Positions 9,516 to 18,260 of a stretch of DNA of 64,000 nucleotides are shown here, one piece after another. The notes below the pieces were generated by a model that was given only the letters and a program-made list of their open reading frames with translations, was not told the origin of the DNA and did not search any database. The DNA lies in IMG/VR virus record IMGVR_UViG_3300031857_000018, positions 96,001 to 160,000 of that record. One strand, 5' to 3'. Both the position numbers and the translations under genes were made by a program. Positions within the stretch are counted from its first letter, which is position 1. Every line of letters begins with the position of its first letter. Source of the DNA: a virus.

Positions 9516-9704
9516 CTATTTTTCAGGAATCTCATCTGAGTCATACATCTCGAATTCTCCCGGACCACCTTCTTCGACAAATGATTCCTGGAACCCGTGC
9601 CCGTTTTGCACCAATGCCAATGCTTCCTCTTCGGTCTCAGCAAAGATCTCATAATACTGGATTACCGTTGTTTTGATGCGCTCTTCGAATCTAAATACTT
9701 TCAT
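9516..9704 (-). CDS. small acidic protein (AETEEEA), related to 13285-13467
   Basis: Start MKVFRF; A-[ST]-EE-[EA]-A motif. Confidence 0.7.
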   Translation of the reverse strand: MKVFRFEERIKTTVIQYYEIFAETEEEALALVQNGHGFQESFVEEGGPGEFEMYDSDEIPEK

Positions 9705-9779
9705 TGGTTTATTTTTTAAAGTCCTGATTATAAATGTTGCTGATGCTAACAATCAGCGCTAAAACTAAAACTATTCCTA

Positions 9780-9944
9780 CTACCTCCATGACTCGTCGTT
9801 TGGTGGCCAAAATGATATTTGCCACCACCCACCTGCGATTCGAGTAAGCGGTCCTGCTGTGTACCCACCCGATGGGTATTTGTTCATTTCGCGGGTAAGA
9901 TCCCGGAACAACTCGGCTCTGTCATTTGATTGTAATACTATCAT
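9780..9944 (-). CDS. hypothetical protein (54 aa)
   Basis: Manual translation MIVLQSNDRAELFR...; AATAAGAGAC leader. Confidence 0.6.
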   Translation of the reverse strand: MIVLQSNDRAELFRDLTREMNKYPSGGYTAGPLTRIAGGWWQISFWPPNDESWR

Positions 9945-9956
9945 TGTCTCTTATTT

Positions 9957-10205
9957 TTAGTTTATTACCTCAGCCCAACTGCGTGTGAATCCACCCTCAA
10001 TCTCATTGTATGACTTGTTTAAAGCCGTTACCAATGCTGTGATGCTTTTCGGCTTCCGATTGATTTTATGATTCCAACTGTTGCCACATTCCAGGGTGTA
10101 TCCAAACACATTGCCTACTAGGTACTCAACAGTACCCTCATAAATCGTTTCCCGGGATCCTGACATCCCTGACTTCGTAATCTTAACTTTAAATGATTTT
10201 GCCAT
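9957..10205 (-). CDS. hypothetical early protein (YTLECG...INRKPKSI)
   Basis: ORF track; promoter cassette. Confidence 0.8.
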   Translation of the reverse strand: MAKSFKVKITKSGMSGSRETIYEGTVEYLVGNVFGYTLECGNSWNHKINRKPKSITALVTALNKSYNEIEGGFTRSWAEVIN

Positions 10206-10265
10206 ATTTCTCTCTTTTTAATTTTATTAAAGATAAGCATTTTTAGATTAGGATCCTAATCTTTT

Positions 10266-10475
10266 TTAAACTTTTTTTACAATTCCTGCTGCTAAAAGTG
10301 CCTGGATAAGCTCCTCATTCGGCACAAAGCCATTCGGCATAAATTGATCCAGGTAAGTGTCGGTTACTGGTGCCTCCGCATCCAATTCCTCATTAAACTC
10401 GGCTTCCAGGATCCCTTCCAGGAACTGCGCTAGCTCTGCGGCTAGGGTAATGTCAATCTTAAATTCTCTTTCCAT
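10266..10475 (-). CDS. acidic early protein
   Basis: ORF track; promoter cassette. Confidence 0.75.
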   Translation of the reverse strand: MEREFKIDITLAAELAQFLEGILEAEFNEELDAEAPVTDTYLDQFMPNGFVPNEELIQALLAAGIVKKV

Positions 10476-10529
10476 TTCTCTCTTTTAATTTATATAAAGA
10501 TAAGCAAAATAACCATGCGTGTCAACCGT

Positions 10530-10739
10530 TTAGGCAACTTTTTTCAAAAAATATTTCAACTCATATTGAGCTGAGATCGGATCCTCATCATATGCTCCTC
10601 CGGCCCACTCGGCTACAAATGCACGAAACCCATTGGAATTCTTTGTGTTGATGTCAGATGCTTTAGCTGCTGCTAATTCTTCCGCGGAAAAAGTAACCCA
10701 TGTACTCAATTCCAAAAACATGTCATTCAATGTTGTCAT
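10530..10739 (-). CDS. hypothetical early protein
   Basis: ORF track; promoter cassette. Confidence 0.75.
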   Translation of the reverse strand: MTTLNDMFLELSTWVTFSAEELAAAKASDINTKNSNGFRAFVAEWAGGAYDEDPISAQYELKYFLKKVA

Positions 10740-10790
10740 ATATCTCTCTTTTTAATGATACTTAAATATAAGAATAATTCTGATAGGATC

Positions 10791-10985
10791 CTAATTTTTA
10801 GGCAACTTTTTTAATAAAGTTCTTCGCTTTGCTTTTAGCTTGCGGATCTCTAAACGGCGCAGGTATGGTCCGTGGTTATAGGTGCTTCCTGCCCAAGCCA
10901 TCGTCCAAACCGTGTTGTCGCGCTGAAGGCATTCAATGTGATGATCGATGCGGTCTATTGCATCCTGGATCTCTTTTGGTGTCAT
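10791..10985 (-). CDS. small basic early protein
   Basis: ORF track; promoter cassette. Confidence 0.7.
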   Translation of the reverse strand: MTPKEIQDAIDRIDHHIECLQRDNTVWTMAWAGSTYNHGPYLRRLEIRKLKAKRRTLLKKLPKN

Positions 10986-11066
10986 ATCTCTTATTTTTTA
11001 TAATACTTAAAGATAAGCAAAATAACCATGCGAGTCAAGCATTTTGCAAGAAAAGTTTAAACTTTT

Positions 11067-11372
11067 TTAATAATCATTTTCCAACAAAAATGCCTTGACG
11101 GATCCGGATTTATTTGCAATTAAATTTTCCATTTCTGCAACACTGCCGCGGAAATAAAATATTCTCGACTTCAAGCCCGGCACTCGGATTTCAATGCGCT
11201 GATATAATTTCTTCCACCACCCGCGTCTCAGCATATCCGCATATTTTTTATTTGGATCCTTTGATGTGTTTCGGTCATACCCAAAAACTTCGCGCTGGAT
11301 CCTGGTCTCGGATGCTAACACGGTTAGGTCCAAAAAATCAACAATCTGGTTCACTGAATTTCTTTTTGTCAT
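11067..11372 (-). CDS. hypothetical early protein (possible winged helix)
   Basis: ORF track; promoter cassette. Confidence 0.75.
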   Translation of the reverse strand: MTKRNSVNQIVDFLDLTVLASETRIQREVFGYDRNTSKDPNKKYADMLRRGWWKKLYQRIEIRVPGLKSRIFYFRGSVAEMENLIANKSGSVKAFLLENDY

Positions 11373-11450
11373 ATATCTCTCTTTTTAATTTTATTAAAGA
11401 TAAGCAAAATAATATTAGGATCCTAATCTTTTAGCAAAAAAGTTTGCTGG

Positions 11451-11849
11451 CTAATTAAAGCCAACAAACCCTTTCTCTAACACAATATCTAATTCCTCTG
11501 CAATCTCTTTGAGGCGGTAATAAGCAGCCTCCTCAATCTCATCCTCAACCGTTTCTGCCACTTGGCCAATTGAATAGCCAAATCCAAATCCATAACAGGT
11601 AACAGCTTTCTGGATGCGGATCATTTCCTCAGATGCAGCGTTCTCCCAATCCATTACTAAAAAGTCTGCTTCATAAAAGTCATCCTCATCCGTTTCTTGT
11701 GAGCGCTCACATTCATCAAATGCTGTGGCCCACAATGTGTGCACTTTAGCCTTTACTACCTCAGCCACCTCATCATTGTGGTCATACATTTCGCGGCTCC
11801 ATGGTTTTGTGATTTGGATCCCGTACTCTACTTTTGCTGCTTTTTTCAT
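11451..11849 (-). CDS. highly acidic early protein
   Basis: ORF track; promoter cassette. Confidence 0.8.
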   Translation of the reverse strand: MKKAAKVEYGIQITKPWSREMYDHNDEVAEVVKAKVHTLWATAFDECERSQETDEDDFYEADFLVMDWENAASEEMIRIQKAVTCYGFGFGYSIGQVAETVEDEIEEAAYYRLKEIAEELDIVLEKGFVGFN

Positions 11850-11929
11850 ATTCTCCCTTTTTAATTTATATAAAGATAAGGTTTATTTCCGTGCGTGTCA
11901 ACCTTTTTGGTAACTTTGTTTGAACTTTT

Positions 11930-12172
11930 TTAATCCTCATCCTCATATTCGCCAAACTCAAATTCACATTCATCAATTACTTCTTCGAAGCACTGTGCTA
12001 GCCGATCGGCTTCAGCATCACTTAATTCTGCCTCATCCAAAAAACGATCAAACACTCCTATTAATCCTTCGCTTTCAATAAAGGAATCCATTAATTCTAA
12101 TGCCGAGTCTCCAGCTACATCTGTAAAGTTGTAAATTCTCCCGTACAAGTCTTGCAATTCTTCTCTTTTCAT
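11930..12172 (-). CDS. highly acidic early protein
   Basis: ORF track; promoter cassette. Confidence 0.8.
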   Translation of the reverse strand: MKREELQDLYGRIYNFTDVAGDSALELMDSFIESEGLIGVFDRFLDEAELSDAEADRLAQCFEEVIDECEFEFGEYEDED

Positions 12173-12246
12173 ATTTCTCTCTTTTTTTTAATTTTAATAA
12201 AGATAAGGAAAAGATCAACGCGAGTCAACCTTTTCCCAAAGTTTTT

Positions 12247-12375
12247 TTACATATTTTTTAAATGCTTCAAAAACAATTTTTTAACTTCGGCGTCTGACAT
12301 TGCGCTAAGCGTGTCAAAACTAATTCCGCATACATAGTGCAACATGTGCTCGTGCTTTTCTCTTGGTGTTTGCAT
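12247..12375 (-). CDS. small early protein (42 aa)
   Basis: Manual translation MQTPREKHEH...; promoter cassette. Confidence 0.65.
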   Translation of the reverse strand: MQTPREKHEHMLHYVCGISFDTLSAMSDAEVKKLFLKHLKNM

Positions 12376-12473
12376 ATCTCTTATTTTTTAATTTATATAA
12401 AGATAAGAATAAAAACCATGCGTGTCAACCTTTTTGCAAGAAAAGTTTAAAAAAAGTTTCTGAGGAATATTAT

Positions 12474-12845
12474 AAAGAAAAAGGATCCCAGGAATAAGAG
12501 AGAGAAACCCGGGATCCATTCTAACACAGAGACTAGCTCTGCCTTACCTAATGCGGCCGATCCGCCGGGAGTGTCTTTCGAGCACTAGGATCCCGGACCC
12601 TGTCAGCCTTTGAGAGATATGTTGTTGGCACGTCTGATTTGTATTGCTACATCACAACCAGATTAAGATGCTACTTGATCACGTGCCTAAGTTGATTCTA
12701 AATAAAGAGCCGGAGGTGTTAGCTTAGTGCTGTCCCTGAGGAGTGCGAAGCTTGTGGTTACCGGCTCTTAATATTATGTCGTGATCCTTGCGGTCGCCTC
12801 TCTTACGGCATTTGGTTGGATCAACCTTCCTTCTTATTTACTTTT
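12474..12845 (-). ncRNA. candidate ~370-nt structured RNA with anti-leader segments
   Basis: TTGGA-type promoter at 12845-12877, no ORF of 60 aa or more, serial hairpins, terminal hairpin followed by a U tract. Confidence 0.55.
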
Positions 12846-12895
12846 ATATTATATGAAATCTAAATCTAGATTCCAACCTCGATCTAAATATTATT

Positions 12896-13779
12896 CTAAA
12901 AATCAATCTAAATATACATGTATATCGGTCTAAAAATAGACTAGGTGGTTACTCTGTATAAGTACAGAACCGAACTAAAACCCGTCTAAAAGCACTTTTC
13001 TTCTAAAAATAGGACTAAAAATAGAACCGGATTCGATCTAAAAATAACCTAGAATTGGACTAAAAATAGCGGGGAGGAGCTGGATCCTTCTAAAAATAAG
13101 AGGTATTGGTCTAAAAATAGAACCGGTTCCTTCTAAAAATAAACGCCCCTAATACGCGTGATCGAACATATACACACTATATGCACGGATCCTTCTAAAA
13201 ATAAGGTACTCCGTATAGCTAGTGATCTGAACGATCGATCTAAAAATAGCGGGGAGGAGAAGCGGATATCGATCTAAAAATAGCCTATTCGTCCTCAGTC
13301 TCTTGCACATCAACTTCCATGTCCCCATGGGACTGTTCTAATTCCAATTCGCCCGAGCTAAGCTGTTCCCAGGCTATATCCTCAGCCGCTTCTTCCGACT
13401 CTGCCTCAATCTCAGTCTCTGCATACGCATATGAAACGCTCGACACTCTAATTATATACTTTGCCATATTCTAATTATATACTCTAAATATAAGAATAAT
13501 AATTCATATATCCTAGCATTTTGTTCTAAAAATAACACGATATTGGTCTAAAAATAAACCGGAAAAGGTTGGATATTCGAATAACCTTTTTACGCACTTC
13601 TAACGAGGTCTGCGTCGTTACTGGTAACTGTATATGCCTGGTGCCGCGATATAGAGCCTATGCCCCCCGTACTTGTTGTATTGGGAGGGAGATATATATA
13701 ACCATCTTCCTTTCTGGATACTAGACACCATTTCGTCTAAAAATAAACGGGTGCGTCTGCGTATTTTAATCTAAAAATA
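12896..13779 (+). repeat. array of 15 exact CTAAAAATA direct repeats plus variants
   Basis: Copies at 12930, 13003, 13015, 13038, 13060, 13090, 13111, 13133, 13195, 13240, 13274, 13526, 13548, 13737, 13771. Confidence 0.92.
13285..13467 (-). CDS. small acidic protein (EAESEEAA) inside the repeat array
   Basis: ORF track; own TAGGAT-N17-TATATT promoter. Confidence 0.75.
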   Translation of the reverse strand: MAKYIIRVSSVSYAYAETEIEAESEEAAEDIAWEQLSSGELELEQSHGDMEVDVQETEDE

Positions 13780-13845
13780 ACAAGGGGATGCTGAGGAAGC
13801 TGTAGTGCTAGACACTGGGCTCACACTCTGACAGGCTACTACTAA

Positions 13846-14088
13846 TTACTGCATATAGCTTGTGATCACTTCTCCTACCATGTATGCTGCTACTCCTATC
13901 ATGCCTATCACGCATATAGCTATATAGCCTAAGAATCCTGCTAACATGTACAGTTCCCAGCTAGTTGGTTCACGTCGCGTGTCTGGATCTATTAAGGGCA
14001 TCATTACTCTGCCTACCAGGTACGTGATGCTTAATATTAAAGCTATCGTTGTTATTCCTAGTATTGTCTTCATTATTATCATTTGCAT
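13846..14088 (-). CDS. small membrane protein (2 TM)
   Basis: ORF track. Confidence 0.65.
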   Translation of the reverse strand: MQMIIMKTILGITTIALILSITYLVGRVMMPLIDPDTRREPTSWELYMLAGFLGYIAICVIGMIGVAAYMVGEVITSYMQ

Positions 14089-14156
14089 TATTTTTCGTTA
14101 GAAGCTTATCCGTAACCGTACTGCTTTACTAATTAGTTTGACAACCGGTTATCATT

Positions 14157-15245
14157 TTATTCATAGTTCCTGATTGCCGTTACCTTCGGGAAGCGTGGCT
14201 TTCCATCCGGTGTGATTTGAAAATACTTAACCGTTGCTTGCTGACCAACCAACGTGTCTCGCTCTGCCCACAATTCTTTGAGATACTCCCAACCGCCATT
14301 AACCGATGCTGTGAAGCGATCTCCGATGGCTGTTTCAAATACTAAGGCACCTACCATTCCTGACAGGTTGCCGTTGCCTTCTTCATATCCGACAATAGTA
14401 TACTCTTCGTCTGTGAATGATTTGTGTTTCATCAGTGACTTGGATCTTTTGTTTTCATAAGGTGCATCTAACCGTACCATTTGTCCTTCATATCCTGCAG
14501 ACATATACTCATTGTATAATTCCATTAACTCAGTTTCAGATTCAACAAAGTCTGTAAACACAACCACACAACACGCCGGCAATGACATTTTATTCAATGC
14601 TCCGTTCCTAACGGAAAATGGTGTATGGTGTGATGGTAGATCATATACATGATATTGGATAACCGCGGCGCTGTCAATAAGATCCTGAGCCGTTGGTTTT
14701 GTCTTTTTAACTAGGGACACAATGGCATTAAAATCATTTGCATACTTATCCGCATACAACTCTCCGTCTAGGATCAACTCCGGATCGGCTTCAAACAATG
14801 GCTTTAGGCCTTCGAAGATGTGTGGTGCTGAAATGATAGGTTTACCTGCTCTGGTCCACATACCATCGGCACGAACAATGCAACGAATGCCATCCAGCTT
14901 AGGTTGTGAATACACAGGGTATTGTACTTTGTCTGCGAAGTCTTCCCATTTGTGGGCAAGCATTGGCTTGAACATTGTGCCGCTATCTACTGCTGCAGCA
15001 TCGGCAAAGTAGCCACGCTCGGTGCGCTTCTTCCATTCTGCTTTGGCTTCTGTTAAGGCTTGTTCCTCCGGTGAGGACTCATTCACTTTGCCAATGTTCT
15101 TGGCTTGGCAGAAGGTCCATTCGGTTGTGGTGATTGCTCCGTCAACATATCCGGAGTGAGTGCGGTAAGCATCGCCCATTACTTCGATGGTGTGCTCGAG
15201 TAATTTACCTGTGGTTGCTCTTTTGTACAAGGTCTGTAATTTCAT
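14157..15245 (-). CDS. ATP-dependent DNA ligase
   Basis: PKLDGIR (motif I), LDGELY (III), YEGQMVR (IV), OB-fold C-terminus KPRFP. Confidence 0.95.
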   Translation of the reverse strand: MKLQTLYKRATTGKLLEHTIEVMGDAYRTHSGYVDGAITTTEWTFCQAKNIGKVNESSPEEQALTEAKAEWKKRTERGYFADAAAVDSGTMFKPMLAHKWEDFADKVQYPVYSQPKLDGIRCIVRADGMWTRAGKPIISAPHIFEGLKPLFEADPELILDGELYADKYANDFNAIVSLVKKTKPTAQDLIDSAAVIQYHVYDLPSHHTPFSVRNGALNKMSLPACCVVVFTDFVESETELMELYNEYMSAGYEGQMVRLDAPYENKRSKSLMKHKSFTDEEYTIVGYEEGNGNLSGMVGALVFETAIGDRFTASVNGGWEYLKELWAERDTLVGQQATVKYFQITPDGKPRFPKVTAIRNYE

Positions 15246-15308
15246 GTCTCTTATTTTTATACTTTAAATATAAGAATTATTTTTCATATATCCTAGTATT
15301 ATTCTAAT

Positions 15309-15962
15309 TTAAATCCACATAGCATGTTCTGTATATAACCGTAGTTGATGTTGATTAATGTATGGAGCTAATACGTGTTGCGATGTCGGCGTAAGCCTAA
15401 AAGTCCATGTTCTCCATACACGTTCATAATGAAAATGAATATCAACAGGAATGTGGGTTCGTTGTGGTTTATATTCTAATTCAACCGGATAGTATGTATC
15501 AGGTGTTGCATTACTAGGAAACAAAGTAAACCATCGATACGTGCACGGAACTCCTGCAGTAATACCCATCAAACCTTTTGATATCTTCAAGCAAATTAAT
15601 CGTTTCTGATCGAACGATTCCATTGGTATATCAATATTCCTATCCGCAATATTTAATCGACCATGTTTTTCAAACTGCGTAACATCTAATACCATTGAAT
15701 CTCGCGCCGGCTTGGATACACTTAAAAAATGTGAAATGATTCGATGGTTTGGTAATATGTCATCGAATAAAATCTGTTGCACCTTAGGGTACGTCGACGT
15801 TTGCATCGATTGTTCAACCTTTGAATACAGATCCGGATAGAATGCAGAAATAAACCGTTCAGCACCCTCGAACACAACTGGTTCTAACATCTCAATTTCT
15901 TTATGCTTTGCATCAAATGTCGCCGGATCATATACCGGTACTCTGAATTTCATTGAACTCAT
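15309..15962 (-). CDS. hypothetical protein
   Basis: ORF track. Confidence 0.7.
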   Translation of the reverse strand: MSSMKFRVPVYDPATFDAKHKEIEMLEPVVFEGAERFISAFYPDLYSKVEQSMQTSTYPKVQQILFDDILPNHRIISHFLSVSKPARDSMVLDVTQFEKHGRLNIADRNIDIPMESFDQKRLICLKISKGLMGITAGVPCTYRWFTLFPSNATPDTYYPVELEYKPQRTHIPVDIHFHYERVWRTWTFRLTPTSQHVLAPYINQHQLRLYTEHAMWI

Positions 15963-16157
15963 CTATTTGCTATTAAACCATTTTTTATAAACCTTGTTGT
16001 CTTTAATTGCAGGTGGTCGGTGACGGAGGTTAGGATCCGCCTTCATTATGCGATTGTATGCATCTTGCATATTCAGCGCCGCTTTGTTCTGATATGGCAC
16101 ATGTTCTTGCCGCTCATTATCAAAATTCTTATTTGGCTGAATTGCACTCATACTCAA
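15963..16157 (-). CDS. hypothetical protein
   Basis: ORF track. Confidence 0.6.
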   Translation of the reverse strand: MSMSAIQPNKNFDNERQEHVPYQNKAALNMQDAYNRIMKADPNLRHRPPAIKDNKVYKKWFNSK

Positions 16158-16608
16158 CTCCTAATGCATCGATCAATGCTTTAATTGCTTCAAATTCAGT
16201 GAAGTGCAGTGATATCATTTTGCTATCTGAAATTGCAATATCCCATCCTTCGCCGTTAGTCCATTCAGTAACCTCGACATAGTCATGTTTCTTGTGCCAT
16301 GCATCATGCAGATTCACAAAGGCTGATGCTCGTTTACTTAGTTCAATTTTCTTGCTATCGATCCATTCTTCGGCAGCTTCTAATCCTTCTTCTACCTTAC
16401 GTTGTTTCTCAATATGCGCTCGGATATCACCAATAGTATGAATACCTTGTGCTGAGTTATCAGTTGGATACACTTCAGTAGCATCGGGTAATAGTTCTGC
16501 TATCAAATCCGTAAACCACATTTCGGCTCCCAATACACCGCCTCCTACTCTGCGCGCGATGTCGCGGGACTCGCCATCTTTTAGTAATACTGCAAATGTT
16601 GTGCTCAT
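16129..16608 (-). CDS. hypothetical protein (C-terminal EVTEWTNGEGWDI domain)
   Basis: ORF track with corrected start. Confidence 0.75.
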   Translation of the reverse strand: MSTTFAVLLKDGESRDIARRVGGGVLGAEMWFTDLIAELLPDATEVYPTDNSAQGIHTIGDIRAHIEKQRKVEEGLEAAEEWIDSKKIELSKRASAFVNLHDAWHKKHDYVEVTEWTNGEGWDIAISDSKMISLHFTEFEAIKALIDALGVEYECNSAK

Positions 16609-16612
16609 AGTC

Positions 16613-16879
16613 TTATTTTTTATCTTCAAATATATCATCGACGCCTAACAGGTTGTTGTAGGTTTCTCTCCAATTGGTAATTACTGGTTGCAACACAAAA
16701 AAAGAAACGGCACCTGCAGGAGCCCAAACCCACCACAAATGCAATGGAGCTACTACTACGATGATAGTTGCTAATAGTCCGGTTGCTAATGTCATCACCG
16801 TAAACAAAGTTACTAGGAATCTTTTAAACATTGTCTTCATTGTTTTCATTTTCTTGTTGTTTTTGTTGTTCATATTCAT
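16613..16879 (-). CDS. membrane protein (2 TM)
   Basis: ORF track. Confidence 0.65.
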   Translation of the reverse strand: MNMNNKNNKKMKTMKTMFKRFLVTLFTVMTLATGLLATIIVVVAPLHLWWVWAPAGAVSFFVLQPVITNWRETYNNLLGVDDIFEDKK

Positions 16880-17096
16880 AACGACTAACGATCAATTCTC
16901 TTTGCATTCTGCCTCGATTGCTTTCTCTGGCTTGCACCTGCTGATAGGCTTCTTCTAATTCTTCAGTGGTCATGTATGCAATCTCTCTTTGAGTTGGTGT
17001 CATGAAATCACGTGGATCAATAGACTGCTGTAATTGTTTTAACAATGCATCAAACTGCTCTTGTTCTGACATTTCTGTGTTTTGTTCTTCAGACAT
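16824..17096 (-). CDS. hypothetical protein
   Basis: ORF track. Confidence 0.7.
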   Translation of the reverse strand: MSEEQNTEMSEQEQFDALLKQLQQSIDPRDFMTPTQREIAYMTTEELEEAYQQVQARESNRGRMQRELIVSRYEYEQQKQQENENNEDNV

Positions 17097-17126
17097 ATTT
17101 TTATTTTATTATATGAAATTATTAGT

Positions 17127-17660
17127 TTATTTCCAATTGATTCGGTGTGCATATACACGATTAGCATATCCGTTAACACACGGTCTTCCTGTGTTATAAC
17201 AGCCAAACACTGTCTTCCAATCTCCGTATTTGTTATACAACTTGCGAAGCACTTTCATTGATGTCATAACATTGTATTCAATATCATTGCGTAATCTTTC
17301 ACGCGAAACATTGTCATGATTATTGCTACGAGCAGTTGGTAACATGATTTGCATAGGTCCTAAGGCTCCTGCTGATGATCCTTGTGCGTGATTATAGTTC
17401 CAATGAAAAGGACCATTGTAGCCTGTTTCTGCTGCAGCAATGCCATATGCATAACGCTTTGGAATGTTAAACGAATCTGCATATCGTTCAATATGAAAAT
17501 ACATTTGCATACACGGAGGATCCTGTGTGGTAACTGCTTTATATTCTCGAATTGTTTCTGTTTGAATTGGTACCGACTCGGTGTTATCAAATGAAACGAT
17601 AGCAGCCGCACCTCCGGCTACTATCATTAGAATCTTAAATCTAATCATTTGACTTAGCAT
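17127..17660 (-). CDS. SLT-family lytic transglycosylase with N-terminal anchor
   Basis: Catalytic AAAET, SSAGALGPMQIM, GCYNTG motifs. Confidence 0.9.
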   Translation of the reverse strand: MLSQMIRFKILMIVAGGAAAIVSFDNTESVPIQTETIREYKAVTTQDPPCMQMYFHIERYADSFNIPKRYAYGIAAAETGYNGPFHWNYNHAQGSSAGALGPMQIMLPTARSNNHDNVSRERLRNDIEYNVMTSMKVLRKLYNKYGDWKTVFGCYNTGRPCVNGYANRVYAHRINWK

Positions 17661-17964
17661 TTTGATAAATACGATTCGTATACATACGGAAGATGGTCAT
17701 ACCAATCTCATCCGAGTATACAACATACTTACCAGTTTTTCTTTCAATCAGCATAAGCTCATTTGCTTCATTAACTGCAATTGAAATTTCATCCGGTGCA
17801 AATGCTTTTGCATATGGATTCGATACAAGTTCTTTCTTTGGAGGAAAGTTTTGCGTGTATCGCCCAATGGAAAATCCTAGAGCCAATGCGCCAACAATTG
17901 TTGCATAACTTAATACTCGTTTCGCAACTGTTACGAACTGTTCTTTACTTACTGGCATTTTCAT
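17641..17964 (-). CDS. membrane-anchored protein coupled to the transglycosylase
   Basis: Single TM; overlaps the SLT gene. Confidence 0.75.
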   Translation of the reverse strand: MKMPVSKEQFVTVAKRVLSYATIVGALALGFSIGRYTQNFPPKKELVSNPYAKAFAPDEISIAVNEANELMLIERKTGKYVVYSDEIGMTIFRMYTNRIYQNAKSND

Positions 17965-17981
17965 ATATATTTGTTTTTGGA

Positions 17982-18260
17982 TTACTTGTTTGTGTTGCAA
18001 CTAGCTGCAAACTGTTCAATTGTCTTAACTCCACAGGCACATGTGCGAGTGATGCTATCAAATTGACAATGCGGGCGTGCTTTGAGTTTGTTCTGAATCC
18101 ATACATGTTGCTCAGATTCAATTGGAGAAACTCGGCTGTCTGGATACGTTGTACGAGCTATTCTCAACCTTCTAGGTTCTTCTCGTTTGGGTTTACATAA
18201 CATTCCTAAGTGTCGAAGCATCAATAGGAAACTTGTGGTAAGATTTCTTTTTCGTGTCAT
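17982..18260 (-). CDS. hypothetical protein, Cys-rich C-terminus
   Basis: ORF track; middle-type promoter upstream. Confidence 0.6.
   Translation of the reverse strand: MTRKRNLTTSFLLMLRHLGMLCKPKREEPRRLRIARTTYPDSRVSPIESEQHVWIQNKLKARPHCQFDSITRTCACGVKTIEQFAASCNTNK

Larger units (their letters stand above)
3719..12460 (-). promoter_or_regulatory. dispersed family of about 18 early promoter/leader cassettes
   Basis: Coding strand (TTGACA/TTGACT or TAGGAT)-N17-TAT(C/A)TTTA...AAAAA(T/G)AAGAGA(GA)TATG; copies near 3762, 4874, 5755, 6566, 6910, 7213, 7613, 8742, 9043, 9497, 10250, 10519, 10786, 11032, 11418, 11895, 12222, 12421. Confidence 0.85.

Noticed and set aside
3719-12460. Integron cassette array (attC sites)
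   Set aside because: The repeats are promoter/leader sequences without attC palindromic structure, and no integrase is seen
12896-13779. CRISPR array
   Set aside because: The repeat is only 9 bp, spacing is irregular and short, and no cas genes are in the window
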